Shown: positions 39,877 through 49,903, counted from the stretch's first letter. The stretch is DNA of 64,000 nucleotides from an uncultured Fibrobacter sp. (GCA_900313675.1 OMSO01000014.1:12475-76474); one strand, 5' to 3'. Notes: generated from the sequence alone by a model not told the origin. Numbers and translations are program-made.

Positions 39877-40497
39877 CTGTTGGGGACAAGTGCATATTTT
39901 TGTTATGGTGTTCTGCAAGGCGTCCAGCAGTTTTTTCGCAGTCGAAAGTTCCGGGAATGCATCGATGACCTGCCGCCTGTTTTCGGGATAGCTCCCGCAT
40001 TTTAGGTAGTAGACGCCGCTTAGCAGAGGCGAGAGTTCCTGCAAGTAGTCGGTGGCATTCGGCTTGGCGTCAAGACGCCTACGGAACAGGAAAGCGTTCC
40101 ATTCCCGCAGGCACTGCGCTGCAAGGGCTTCCCGGTTGGGGCAGAACCCTTCCAAAGGAGCGATACCGCACAGGACTTGGTTTCGGCAGGACATTTCCAG
40201 GAATTCCAGTGGGAAAGTTTCCAGATTCGAGAGGATCTCGGCACTGGAAAAAATGTAGGAGAATTCCACCCCTTCGCGCAAAGCCTTCTTGCTCCAGGAT
40301 TTAAGCTTGTCGACCTCCGTAGCAGAAGCATCTTTCAATATGAAGGCCACGGTCCAGGGCCTTTCCAGGGCGCTGAAGCCTTCTTCCAGACAGTCCCCGT
40401 AAAGGAATGCGGAAACCAGGTTTTCCCCGAAGGTTTCCGTAAATCTGTCGGGCCAGGGGGATTGCTTTAATTCCTGAACACTCAATATTCTTTTCAT
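39871..40497 (-). CDS. Degenerate nucleotidyltransferase-fold-like protein
   Basis: FGENLVSAFLYG and FPLEFLEM resemble TPM-associated NTase-like proteins; GGAGG RBS. Confidence 0.6.
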   Translation of the reverse strand: MKRILSVQELKQSPWPDRFTETFGENLVSAFLYGDCLEEGFSALERPWTVAFILKDASATEVDKLKSWSKKALREGVEFSYIFSSAEILSNLETFPLEFLEMSCRNQVLCGIAPLEGFCPNREALAAQCLREWNAFLFRRRLDAKPNATDYLQELSPLLSGVYYLKCGSYPENRRQVIDAFPELSTAKKLLDALQNTITKICTCPQQS

Positions 40498-40502
40498 AAA
40501 AA

Positions 40503-41117
40503 CTACCTCCAGCCGAACCGTCCGTAATGGAAACGCCTGCTGGTGGAACCGGCGCTGGTGCGGCGTCCCCTTTTGTACAGGGCGTAAAACACCAGCGAAA
40601 AGATGATTGCGATAAACACCCAACCTGCCGCATTGAGGCTGCCGGCGCTTTCAAATTCCGGAGGCTCAGTAACCAATGTCGTGCCCTTTGCCTTTGCAAG
40701 TTCGTTTGAAAGATGGTAAGCTAGTAGTAATGTGCCCTTGTCATATCTGGCGGACTTGTATTCCGGGAAAAGGTATTCCTGTTGGAGCTTTTCGATGGTG
40801 CTTTTCGGAATGGCGGACTCCAGATTTTTCCCAAGCTTTACCTGATGCAACTGTTGCACGAAAGCCGTATAAAGAAGAATCTCGTTACTGTCAGGCGAAA
40901 AATCCCGCTTGTTCCGGCTGTCTTCTAGCAGAACTACAGACAGGCTGAACCCGGTTTTTTGCTCCAGCTCCTTGGCCAGTTTTTCCAAATAACGGGCTTG
41001 GGTTGCGCTCATTACCCTGTTCTCGTCATGGAGCCTTAGGGGGGCGGCTGTGGATACGCCCCAAGCGCAAAGTGTGATAAATATCAAAAAAAAGCTGAAA
41101 TTTCGCCCCAAAAGCAT
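40503..41117 (-). CDS. TPM-domain-like membrane protein
   Basis: Signal peptide, D...V.S....L...LE..TG, P.YK...YD.G, C-terminal TM and Gly/Arg tail. Confidence 0.65.
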   Translation of the reverse strand: MLLGRNFSFFLIFITLCAWGVSTAAPLRLHDENRVMSATQARYLEKLAKELEQKTGFSLSVVLLEDSRNKRDFSPDSNEILLYTAFVQQLHQVKLGKNLESAIPKSTIEKLQQEYLFPEYKSARYDKGTLLLAYHLSNELAKAKGTTLVTEPPEFESAGSLNAAGWVFIAIIFSLVFYALYKRGRRTSAGSTSRRFHYGRFGWR

Positions 41118-41238
41118 ATATCTATATCATAAAGTAAAAAAAAACAAAAAAAATGTTCTTTTCTTGATTTCACTATATATCTTTCTATAGAGGAATCCGT
41201 TTTGGGTGTGTTTTAGTAAAGGGTGATTAATCTGGTTT

Positions 41239-41886
41239 ATGGCGAAGTCGAGTGAAAAGTGGGTCTGGTTACCGGACTGGGCGTCGGACTTGTCGTTATG
41301 GCAAGACGACTTGACAGAAGTGGAATCTTCTGCCGACCATACTTTTGTACCCTACGAGACCATGGCGGATAATCTAGAGGACCCTTACAAGATTCCTGGA
41401 CTTTCCAAGGCCGATGTGGTGGTAGGCTCCGGCATGGGAGCATTTCTCCTGCTCATGCACCACAAGAAAAAACCGTCGGCACAGCGATGGATTTTGCTTT
41501 CGCCTTATGCGGACTTCTGCGACGAAGACAGCGACTGGACGGAGACGAACCTGCACTTTATGGCAAGGCAGATGCAGACGACTACGGAACCGGGCCTGAA
41601 TTCTTTTGCGGAACAGTTCGAAGACGAATTCGGCGAGTGGCAAGACGATTGGATGGACTGCGCCAAGAAGATGAACGCCGAGAAACTGGCCAAGGGCATT
41701 ACTTATCTGGCGGGCAACAAGATTTCGAAACCTCTAGAGGATTGCAGTGGAATTGAAGTGGTTTACGGTCGTATGGACCGTGCCGTTCCACCTGCCCAGA
41801 CGTTGAAACTAAAGGATCTTATGCCGGGGTCAACTTTCAAGGAACGCCCCAAGGCGGGCCACTGGCCACCGCAGCTTTTGTTGTAG
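41239..41886 (+). CDS. Alpha/beta hydrolase fold protein (BioH-like, nucleophile atypical)
   Basis: VWLPDW, GSGMG elbow, G..D..VP, AGH. Confidence 0.65.
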   Translation: MAKSSEKWVWLPDWASDLSLWQDDLTEVESSADHTFVPYETMADNLEDPYKIPGLSKADVVVGSGMGAFLLLMHHKKKPSAQRWILLSPYADFCDEDSDWTETNLHFMARQMQTTTEPGLNSFAEQFEDEFGEWQDDWMDCAKKMNAEKLAKGITYLAGNKISKPLEDCSGIEVVYGRMDRAVPPAQTLKLKDLMPGSTFKERPKAGHWPPQLLL

Positions 41887-41934
41887 TCTGTTTTGCAAAT
41901 AGGCTTTTTCGCCACTCTTACAAAACAACATTCG

Positions 41935-43872
41935 TCATTCTCGCGTAGGCGAGAATCTCAATCGGCATCCAATTGCCGCTAGCAAGTAAATAGCAAAGAA
42001 CCAGAGCAGGGCGGTTTCAAGATAATCTCCGATGTGCTGGTACAGGGTGTCCCTGGTTTTCAACTGCATCTTGCGCTGGATGACGGCGTCTTCAAAAATA
42101 GGCGTGTTCAAGTCCATGTGACCATACTGGTCTATAAATACGGACACTCCGCTGTTTGCAAGCCTTGCCGCCGGCATGCCGTTTTCGATGGCGCGGTAAC
42201 GCACCAGATTCAGGTGTTGGTAGGGTGCGGTACTCCGGCCGAACCAGCCGTCGTTGGTGATGTTCACCATGAACCTGGAGCCTGCCCGGATGGCATCCCG
42301 CACCAGGTCGCCAAAGATGGCGTCGTAGCAGATAAAAGGCGTCCACAGGAAGGGACCGTACACGGGAGTTTCCTTTCCGGGAACAAAGTCCCCTTCGCCC
42401 AGATCCACGTAGTTCAAAATAGGGAAGATGTCGTCGAAAGGAATCCTTTCGCTGAAAGGAACCAGGTGCTTTTTGATGTAACGCTGGGGAAAGCTTCCGT
42501 CATTGGGGCTGAACAGGAACGAGGCGTTGTACACTTCGTAGCGGCGCACGGCGCCAGGTTCCTTGATGCGCTTGAAATCAAGGGCGCCAACCAGAATGCT
42601 TGCGTTCATGCGGCTTGCGACATTGTGCAACCTGACAATCGTAGCGGGCTGCCTGCGGATGTGGTCTGGAATGGCGGTTTCTGCCAGGATAATCAGGTCG
42701 GTTCCGTCTTTGACACTGTCCCGGACCATACCGAGGGTCTTGTCGATAATGCGGTCGTAGCGCTCCTTGCTCCATTTTTCACCTTGCTGAATGCAGGGTT
42801 GCACCATGGCTATCTGCGGTGTATGTTCTCCATCGCTTCCGTAGAAGGGAGCCGCTTCGGGGGCGGACAAGGTGATTTTTCCGTGAACAAGTAGGGCTAC
42901 GAGTATCAGGGCGGGTAACGCAAAGGGCCACTTGGCTTTTAGACCTGGCTTGTCCAAAGCATTTGCAACCAGCATGTTGCTTGCCACAATCAGGGTGGTG
43001 TAGCCGAAGATTCCGATGATAGAAAGAGCCTGCAAAAGTTCCAGGTAGTTGCCGAACACGTAGCCCAGGTGGCTCCAGGGGAAGGCGAAATCCCCGCGGG
43101 TGCGGGTCATTTCGAGTCCGGCGTAAAACACGGGGTAGAGTATCCAGAAAATCCTATACCCCTTGATGCGGATATCCTTGACGAGGGTATAGACGAAAGC
43201 CGCTACCACACTGTAGAAGCTGAAGAAGGCCACCAAAAGCACCACGCCCAAGAAGATGATGGCCGATGGAGCTGTTTCCACGTTCATGACGTTGAAAATC
43301 CAGTAGTAGTTGATGCCGTTATAGACCATGCCCGACCAGAAGGTGGCAAAAATGGCTGAACTACGGCTGTAGCGGTTCATGGCGATGAACCAGGGCACAA
43401 GCAACAGCAGGGCGGCAGGCCCCAGGGGGAGCGGCGGAAATGCCAGGGCCATGGCGCCCCAGGCAATGGTAGAAAGCAATAGCGCTGTCCGGGAATCCCT
43501 TTCGCGGAGCCTCTTGAAATTCCACAGGCCAAAACGGTACAGCAGGTAAAGCCCGAAGGGAATGAACAGCACAGAAATCTGGACGAGTCCCGCATGGCCG
43601 CCTGCCAGGTAGTCTAGGGCGAGAAAGGCAAAGGAGATGAGGGCGTAACTGTAGACAAAACGGTTGAACGGCTTACGTGCGCTTTTAGCAAAGAGGAACG
43701 GTAGGGCGACAATGAAAGGGATAAACTGGGGTTTCCAGGAGTAAAGCCCAGGCTCGTCGGGAGTGACCAGGTAGAGGCCTAATTCGGCCACGAACAGAAT
43801 GCCAAGAAAAATCCGGTACATTCTAGGCAATGCCCCAATCCACGATTTCAGTCTGTTCAAAAAATCAGTCAT
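41935..43872 (-). CDS. lnt: Apolipoprotein N-acyltransferase
   Basis: FPWSHLGY, AETA, KKHLVPFSE, ICYD, TNDGWFG, RAIENG. Confidence 0.95.
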   Translation of the reverse strand: MTDFLNRLKSWIGALPRMYRIFLGILFVAELGLYLVTPDEPGLYSWKPQFIPFIVALPFLFAKSARKPFNRFVYSYALISFAFLALDYLAGGHAGLVQISVLFIPFGLYLLYRFGLWNFKRLRERDSRTALLLSTIAWGAMALAFPPLPLGPAALLLLVPWFIAMNRYSRSSAIFATFWSGMVYNGINYYWIFNVMNVETAPSAIIFLGVVLLVAFFSFYSVVAAFVYTLVKDIRIKGYRIFWILYPVFYAGLEMTRTRGDFAFPWSHLGYVFGNYLELLQALSIIGIFGYTTLIVASNMLVANALDKPGLKAKWPFALPALILVALLVHGKITLSAPEAAPFYGSDGEHTPQIAMVQPCIQQGEKWSKERYDRIIDKTLGMVRDSVKDGTDLIILAETAIPDHIRRQPATIVRLHNVASRMNASILVGALDFKRIKEPGAVRRYEVYNASFLFSPNDGSFPQRYIKKHLVPFSERIPFDDIFPILNYVDLGEGDFVPGKETPVYGPFLWTPFICYDAIFGDLVRDAIRAGSRFMVNITNDGWFGRSTAPYQHLNLVRYRAIENGMPAARLANSGVSVFIDQYGHMDLNTPIFEDAVIQRKMQLKTRDTLYQHIGDYLETALLWFFAIYLLAAIGCRLRFSPTRE

Positions 43873-43913
43873 TAGTTATCTAGCCCCTAGATCCTAGCCC
43901 CTAATACCTAATC

Positions 43914-44600
43914 TTACAGCCCGCTTTTGTCCTTCGGGTTGAAAATCAGCACGAACTCCCCCTTGGGCGGGTGGCTCTTGAAGTGGGCGAGGATTTCTGC
44001 GGGAGTGCCAATCAGGTGTTCCTCGAACTTCTTGGTCAGTTCCCGCATCAGCGCAATCTTGATGTCCCCGAAGACCGTCTGGATTTCGGCTACGAACTTG
44101 TCCACGTTATGGGGGCTGGCGTAAAAAATCTGGGTGGCTTCTTCGTCTTTCAGTTTTTCCAGAAGGTGAATCCTCTGGGCGCTCTTCTTGGGCGAAAAAT
44201 ACTGGAAGGCAAAGTGGTCCGTGGGCATACCGCTACTGACCAGTGCCGTCACCATGGCGCAGGGGCCAGGAACCGCCCGCACGTCAATTCCTTCGCGAAC
44301 GCATTCCCGGACCAGGTTGAAGGCGGGGTCCGCGATTCCCGGGGTGCCTGCGTCGCTGACCAGGGCTATGTCTCCCTGGTCTTTCAGGTAACTTACGTAT
44401 TTGGGAGTGACGGCTTCTTTATTGAAGTCGTGGTAGGCCTCCATGGGGGTGGAAATCCCGAAATGGTCGAAGAGGATCCGCGTGTGGCGCGTATCTTCGG
44501 CAAGTACCAGGGGAACTTCTTTCAGGGTTCGGACCGCACGGTAGGTGATGTCCTCCATGTTCCCGATAGGGGTCGCTACAATGTACAGGGTATGAGCCAT
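43914..44600 (-). CDS. rsmI: 16S rRNA (C1402-2'-O)-methyltransferase
   Basis: LYIVATPIGNMEDIT, AEDTR, SDAGTPGIADP, RELTKKFEE. Confidence 0.95.
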   Translation of the reverse strand: MAHTLYIVATPIGNMEDITYRAVRTLKEVPLVLAEDTRHTRILFDHFGISTPMEAYHDFNKEAVTPKYVSYLKDQGDIALVSDAGTPGIADPAFNLVRECVREGIDVRAVPGPCAMVTALVSSGMPTDHFAFQYFSPKKSAQRIHLLEKLKDEEATQIFYASPHNVDKFVAEIQTVFGDIKIALMRELTKKFEEHLIGTPAEILAHFKSHPPKGEFVLIFNPKDKSGL

Positions 44601-44609
44601 GACTCAAAT

Positions 44610-45200
44610 TTAGTAATCGCTGCGCATGCCCATGTCGGCGTTGTAGGGGTAGTTCAGTTCAAAGGCGAGCCTCTGGACCAGCTTGCGGTGCATATCCTTG
44701 GAGGCGTTGTTCAGAAGGTCACTGCGCAATTTTCCATAAAGATTGGCCTTGACTGTTTCTTCTTCCTTGTATTCGGCCTGCTTGACAAGCACACCGTCGC
44801 AATGGATCTGCACTTTCAGCGTGTAGGTCCAGGTTTCGTCTACGGGCGTTATAGGCCAGAAAGGAATTACGAACAAAGGAATGCTCCAGGGAGTGGCTTC
44901 GGCATTCTGTACCACCTGTGCCCGAATGCTTGCCGAACCATTGCATTTTTCGCGGGGGTAAAAATCCTGGTTGGCGGTCCGGTCGTATTCTTGCCTTAGA
45001 CCTTCCGAAAGCCAGAGGGTGTCGGCCCCGAGAATCAGGGGAATCTTGTCGAACAGCGGTGTTGGATTGGCTTGTGCCTGGTTCAGCACATTAAAGGAAC
45101 TATCGCCTTGGTCCCCCTGCACCAGGTTCACGGAGCAGGCGCTTGCCAAAAGCGCCGAACTCCACAGCAGGAGTGTCCGAATTTGGCTCCAGAACTGCAT
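44610..45200 (-). CDS. Hypothetical lipoprotein
   Basis: LASAC lipobox. Confidence 0.7.
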   Translation of the reverse strand: MQFWSQIRTLLLWSSALLASACSVNLVQGDQGDSSFNVLNQAQANPTPLFDKIPLILGADTLWLSEGLRQEYDRTANQDFYPREKCNGSASIRAQVVQNAEATPWSIPLFVIPFWPITPVDETWTYTLKVQIHCDGVLVKQAEYKEEETVKANLYGKLRSDLLNNASKDMHRKLVQRLAFELNYPYNADMGMRSDY

Positions 45201-45371
45201 AATTTCAATTTAGCAATGATTTGACTTGTGAAAATTCCGCTTAAAAAAATAAAAAACTCCTTTTTAAAACGATAATAAAGGAAAAATTTCGTGTTGGATG
45301 CGCGCTGTGGTTCTTTTTTTTTACATTGTAAGAGAAATATTTTAACTACATAACAAAATCAAGGAGAAATC

Positions 45372-46745
45372 ATGAAAAAACTACTCTGGACGTCGGCGAT
45401 TGCCCTCACGGCTGCCGCCTGCATGACCGCCTGCGACGACAGCAGCAGCGGCGCCAGCAACAGCATTCCCGAATTCAAGACCGAGGCCGCCCTCCCGGAC
45501 ACCTGCGAGATGGAAGTGGCCAAGGTGGACACCGCCTATTTCGCCTGCTTCGAGAACAAGTGGATCGAGGTTACCGACTCCGCCACCGTGGAACAGTTCA
45601 AGGAAGGCCTGGACGAAGACGAAATCAAGGCCAAACTCGAAGAACTGGAAGACCAGCTGAAGCCCACCACACCGGCCAAGCCCAAGTCCTCCAGCAGCAA
45701 GAAGACGGACGAAGACGTAGACTCCAGCGATAGCGATGATCCCGAAAGCTCCGCCAGCGAAGAAGAATGCACCGGCCGCCGTTGCAATACTGATGGCAAG
45801 TCCAGCAGTTCCAAGAAGAGCAGCGGTGGAAGCGGTTCTGGTGAGGGTGGTTCCGGTGAAGGCGGCGAAGGCGGTAGCTCTCCTTCTAGTGCGACCAGCG
45901 GTTCCAGTGCGACCAGCGATGGAACGTTCAAATTCCTTGATGGCTTGGTAACATGGAAAAGTGAAACAAGAGCTTCGTTAAATGAAGGTGTAGATATAAA
46001 GCAAGTGCAAATGGCCATTGATGGTGCAGGCTTGGATTCTGCCAATGTTGCTTCGGGTTTAGGTTTACTTGTTGTCGGTTTACTTTCTATTGAATTAGGT
46101 ATGGATACTTCTTGGGCCCCTCTAGACGACGGCGCTTACTTTGGCTTTTGGATGGATAGCACGCGAGCAGCGGAAAGAATTGTGACGGTAAGTCAGTTAA
46201 TCATTGAAGGAAATGAAGTATATGTAGACCAGCAATCTTCGAAACCTTGCGGTAAAGAAGCTACCTATTTCCCCCGCACTTTTATGTGTGATAATCGTGG
46301 AGAAGGGCATGGTTATAAGGTGTATGAGGATGATAGAGGCTTGATTTGGATGGTTGAAAATTTAGCTTATCCCACGACGCAGTCTCGTAATGACAATCCT
46401 AAACATACAGATGAATACTACTATAATTGGGAAGACGCTGCAACAAATGGATGTCCCGATGGTTGGGAATTGCCCACTCAGCAAGACTGGGATGATTTGT
46501 TCTATAGTCTTGGCTATGATGCAGATGAGCTAGATAAGTTCATGCGGCTCTCTGTATCAGGGTATGATGACAATGGTAGCTGGAGTGATGATGCCGGCGA
46601 ATATTGGACGGCTACTGAGTATAATGATGGTGCTCATAGTATAGCGCGTTGGACAGAAAGCGGCAGCAGCCATACCCTCTCTCTCGGTAGCAGTATGTAC
46701 GAAGTTGATGAGGCTGAACTCTCGGTTCGTTGCGTCAAAAAATAA
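45372..46745 (+). CDS. Lipoprotein with C-terminal FISUMP (Fibrobacter major paralogous) domain
   Basis: Lipobox MTAC; Ser/Gly linker; WMVENLAY, YYNWEDA, CPDGWELPT, YWTATE, SVRCVK. Confidence 0.88.
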   Translation: MKKLLWTSAIALTAAACMTACDDSSSGASNSIPEFKTEAALPDTCEMEVAKVDTAYFACFENKWIEVTDSATVEQFKEGLDEDEIKAKLEELEDQLKPTTPAKPKSSSSKKTDEDVDSSDSDDPESSASEEECTGRRCNTDGKSSSSKKSSGGSGSGEGGSGEGGEGGSSPSSATSGSSATSDGTFKFLDGLVTWKSETRASLNEGVDIKQVQMAIDGAGLDSANVASGLGLLVVGLLSIELGMDTSWAPLDDGAYFGFWMDSTRAAERIVTVSQLIIEGNEVYVDQQSSKPCGKEATYFPRTFMCDNRGEGHGYKVYEDDRGLIWMVENLAYPTTQSRNDNPKHTDEYYYNWEDAATNGCPDGWELPTQQDWDDLFYSLGYDADELDKFMRLSVSGYDDNGSWSDDAGEYWTATEYNDGAHSIARWTESGSSHTLSLGSSMYEVDEAELSVRCVKK

Positions 46746-46766
46746 TCGCAGTTATTAAATCAATTG

Positions 46767-46799
46767 CGCCCGAGGTCCAACGACCCCGGGTGTTTTTTA
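46767..46799 (+). terminator. Terminator after FISUMP gene
   Basis: GCCCGAGGTC-CAAC-GACCCCGGGT followed by a T-run. Confidence 0.65.
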
Positions 46800-46811
46800 T
46801 CAGGACGACAG

Positions 46812-46855
46812 GCTCACGACTCACCACTCGTAACTCATAACTCATAACTCATTTA
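46812..46855. repeat. 7-bp CTCANNA tandem repeat
   Basis: CTCACGA CTCACCA CTCGTAA CTCATAA CTCATAA CTCATTT. Confidence 0.7.
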
Positions 46856-46880
46856 CAGCACCTATTCTATATTTCCACCT

Positions 46881-47606
46881 ATGGAAAAACCCGCATACTT
46901 TCTCGGAGATGCGCACCTGGGGGTAGAACCTCCTGGGGCAGTCCCGTATAGAGAAAATCTTTTGATCGAGCTCTTGCGCTCCTGGAAAGGTGCGGCTAGT
47001 CACGTGGTTATCCTGGGGGACCTGTTTGAATTCTGGTACGAATACCGTTACTATGTGAACAAGGAACATTTTCACTTGTTTCGAGTCCTTGCGGAGTTGG
47101 TTGAGTCCGGCGTCCAGGTGCACCTGTTGCGCGGAAACCACGACTTTGCCTATGGCGATTTCTTCCCGAAAAATCTCGGTGTACAGGTTTCTTCAAATTT
47201 AAAGCTGGATATTCAGGGAAAAAAGGTTTTCTTTACCCATGGAGATGGCGTAGCCCGCTCAGACTGGAGCTACCGAGTCTTTCGAAAAATATTGAACAAT
47301 CCGCTTAACCAATGGCTGTTCAGACAAATTCACCCGGATTGGGGGATGGCGCTTGCCCGCCTCGTTGGTCGCCGAAGCCGCAAATTCGGTGCCGACCGCG
47401 AAATCAAGTTGGATGAATACTTGACCTGGGCAGCTCGAGCCATAGAAAAAAACAATTGCCAGATATGCGTCCACGGACACCACCATATTCCGGGCATCTG
47501 GTCGGTCAAGACCGGCTCGGTGGCGTCTCCAGGCGAGTGGATAAAAAAACTCACCTACCTTAAGTTCGAGGCAGGTGAGCTTTCTATTGAAGAGTTCAAG
47601 AAATAG
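46881..47606 (+). CDS. lpxH: UDP-2,3-diacylglucosamine diphosphatase
   Basis: DAHLG, GDLFEFW, GNHD, HGD, GHHH metallophosphoesterase motifs. Confidence 0.85.
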   Translation: MEKPAYFLGDAHLGVEPPGAVPYRENLLIELLRSWKGAASHVVILGDLFEFWYEYRYYVNKEHFHLFRVLAELVESGVQVHLLRGNHDFAYGDFFPKNLGVQVSSNLKLDIQGKKVFFTHGDGVARSDWSYRVFRKILNNPLNQWLFRQIHPDWGMALARLVGRRSRKFGADREIKLDEYLTWAARAIEKNNCQICVHGHHHIPGIWSVKTGSVASPGEWIKKLTYLKFEAGELSIEEFKK

Positions 47607-47608
47607 GG

Positions 47609-48058
47609 CTATTGCTGATTGCTCGCGTCGTTCGCACGATTCTCTGTGGACTTCATCAGTTTCTTGCTGGAGTTTTCTCCCCAGATGGCGGCCACAAGGT
47701 CGGTGTTTGCGAATTGGTCCCAATAAGCGTCAACCCAGCACCAATGGTGAATGGTGTCCCCTCGGTCAACGACAATCCCTTCTTTGCTCACCCAATTCTT
47801 GTGAACAGAAAAGGTCATGTCTTCTCCCTTGGATTCATTACCGTACACGTCTTTGACGGTGGCGGCTTGCAGGGTCCACGCCTTTCCGTCGGTCCGCTTG
47901 TAGAGGAACACGTTGAAGACAATCAACACGGCCATGACGATGATGGTCCACTTGTAATTCTTCTTGGTCAGAAGAAAGATAACCAGCGCCAGGAGCAAAA
48001 TGCTCACCGCGGCGAAGTTGTAGTGGATCGAGTAGAACGCCTTGAGTACGTCAATCAT
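47609..48058 (-). CDS. Hypothetical membrane protein
   Basis: Two N-terminal TMs; coupled to upstream ORF. Confidence 0.7.
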   Translation of the reverse strand: MIDVLKAFYSIHYNFAAVSILLLALVIFLLTKKNYKWTIIVMAVLIVFNVFLYKRTDGKAWTLQAATVKDVYGNESKGEDMTFSVHKNWVSKEGIVVDRGDTIHHWCWVDAYWDQFANTDLVAAIWGENSSKKLMKSTENRANDASNQQ

Positions 48059-48060
48059 TT

Positions 48061-48738
48061 TTAGCCTTTCTTAGCCTTTTGCGCCGCGATAAGCGGGGCA
48101 ACACTGAAGGTGAGTGTTTTGCCGTTCACCTTGCAGTCTGTGCGGTAGCTCTTGGTAGGGAGCGCAATCCCGTGAGAAGAAAGCGTGCCCATAAAAGAAG
48201 CGTTGGCATGGCTTGCAATGGTGCGGACGTTGATGAAGCCTTTCTTGCCGAAAGATAGCTTAAAGACCTTCTTGTTGGCATCGTATTCCGCAATCATGGT
48301 ATCGTTCTTGGCCGTTTCCATGGCGGTGCTGGTGCGCTTGTCAAAGATGATGGTTCCGCGGGAATCGATGGAGAGCATAGGGAGACCGGCGGAGTTACGG
48401 CAGGCGATGGGTTCCCAGGAGCCTTTCTTCTTGGCGGGGGCCTTTCCGGTAAACACGATGCGGGAGCCTTCCTTGACGACTGTGTAAGCGCCTGTGGCGA
48501 TCTGGAATCCGACGGCATTCAGGGCGCCCTTGAAATACAGCAGGTAGCCGCTTCCGTTGGGCATAAAGCGGTAAGACGTGGGTTTGAGGGTCTTGGAGGG
48601 GGTCACGGCAATGCGCTTGCCGGTCTTGTCCACTTCCAGGTCTGCATAGGGCGTCTTGTCCAATTTCAGTTCTTTGACGATTTCACCGCTAAAACGGACA
48701 AAACCGCGAATATCCATCTTGATTACAAAGTTATCCAT
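48061..48738 (-). CDS. Basic protein with two AbrB/MraZ-like repeats
   Basis: IKMDIRGFVRF... and LSIDSRGTIIF... halves; AAGGTG RBS. Confidence 0.7.
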   Translation of the reverse strand: MDNFVIKMDIRGFVRFSGEIVKELKLDKTPYADLEVDKTGKRIAVTPSKTLKPTSYRFMPNGSGYLLYFKGALNAVGFQIATGAYTVVKEGSRIVFTGKAPAKKKGSWEPIACRNSAGLPMLSIDSRGTIIFDKRTSTAMETAKNDTMIAEYDANKKVFKLSFGKKGFINVRTIASHANASFMGTLSSHGIALPTKSYRTDCKVNGKTLTFSVAPLIAAQKAKKG

Positions 48739-48886
48739 TTTTATTTACACCTTTTTTTGTTGTTCCCCAGCATCCAACAAGTTAAAAATGTTGGTGGGTT
48801 CCGTCAAGAAACATAGTAAAAAAATGGGATTAGAGGGCGTTTTTTGGAGATATGATGCCAACCTTGTATACAAAAATAAGTAGGAA

Positions 48887-49666
48887 TTAGTCTGAGATGT
48901 GGCTTTGGACGATTTCTGTCAATGTGGCTCTAAACGAGCCGCCATCTCGTTTCCAGACGGTTGCCCCCTGAAATTTCTGGGTGAAAATGTGACCGCGGTC
49001 ACTAAATTGGCTTCTGTCCAAAAATATTCCAATTTGGTCTAAAGGTGCGCCGTTTTTGCCAGTGTTTATGGCGTCTCCCGCCCGAACGAGGAACTTCGGG
49101 TAGAGAAATCCGTACTTGTATACAAGGGCGTCGGCGATGCTTTCTACGGGGTCAATTAAGATGAGCCTTGTCTGGCTGTTGCTGTTGTTAAATGCAAGGA
49201 TGGCGCCTGTTCCGCGCCCGGCGATGAATTTCGGTGCTGTTCCGTTTACCTGGGTGGCACATTCCAGGATTTCTTTAGAATCTGGCGAAAAAGTCTTTTC
49301 TGACGGCGTTCCCTTGTTGTTACCGGAACCGCGGTAGTTGAAGGTGACCGGCGTGACTCCCGGAAGGCTGTCCAGTTCAGCCAGGAACTGGGCGGCGTCC
49401 TCGTCGGCGTCGGGGTAGTAGAGAAGTGTCGGGGTTCCCGCTTCACCCATCTTCCAGCCTTCGAGAACGGTTCTGTCTTGCAGGGTGCAGCTGATGCCTT
49501 GGGCGTGGCCTTCGATGGCTGCCCGGGCTTCTTTGTGAGGTATGGCCCTGGGGTAGGCGTTTCGCCGTTCTGTCAGGGCGAGGTAGAACACCATGCTCAC
49601 GTAGATGACGGCAAGGATTCCTGCGAAGCGTAGAATTTTGAAGACGAAGTTCTTGATAACCTTCAT
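48887..49666 (-). CDS. Membrane-anchored alpha/beta hydrolase-like protein (degenerate elbow)
   Basis: N-terminal TM, FNYRGSG..GTPSE, GRGTG, LIDP. Confidence 0.65.
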   Translation of the reverse strand: MKVIKNFVFKILRFAGILAVIYVSMVFYLALTERRNAYPRAIPHKEARAAIEGHAQGISCTLQDRTVLEGWKMGEAGTPTLLYYPDADEDAAQFLAELDSLPGVTPVTFNYRGSGNNKGTPSEKTFSPDSKEILECATQVNGTAPKFIAGRGTGAILAFNNSNSQTRLILIDPVESIADALVYKYGFLYPKFLVRAGDAINTGKNGAPLDQIGIFLDRSQFSDRGHIFTQKFQGATVWKRDGGSFRATLTEIVQSHISD

Positions 49667-49802
49667 GGAGCCAATTTTAGAAAAATCCATAGGGTAAAAA
49701 AAGAACCCTCGGTGATTTGTTCACCGGGGGTCTAGGGATGGGATTGGGTGTTCCCTAAATATAAACAAAAAATTTGCCAGTGTGGTATACCTTTTGAACT
49801 AA

Positions 49803-49877
49803 AAGTGTTCTCAAAGTGTTCTTTTTTAATAAAAATCGGCAAAAATGATAATTTTTTCTTAAAATAAGTGTTCTCAA
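49803..49877 (+). promoter_or_regulatory. Three AAGTGTTCT direct repeats upstream of TIGR02147 gene
   Basis: Copies start at 49803, 49814 and 49866. Confidence 0.5.
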
Positions 49878-49903
49878 GAAAATAAAAAATTAAATTTAAA
49901 CAG

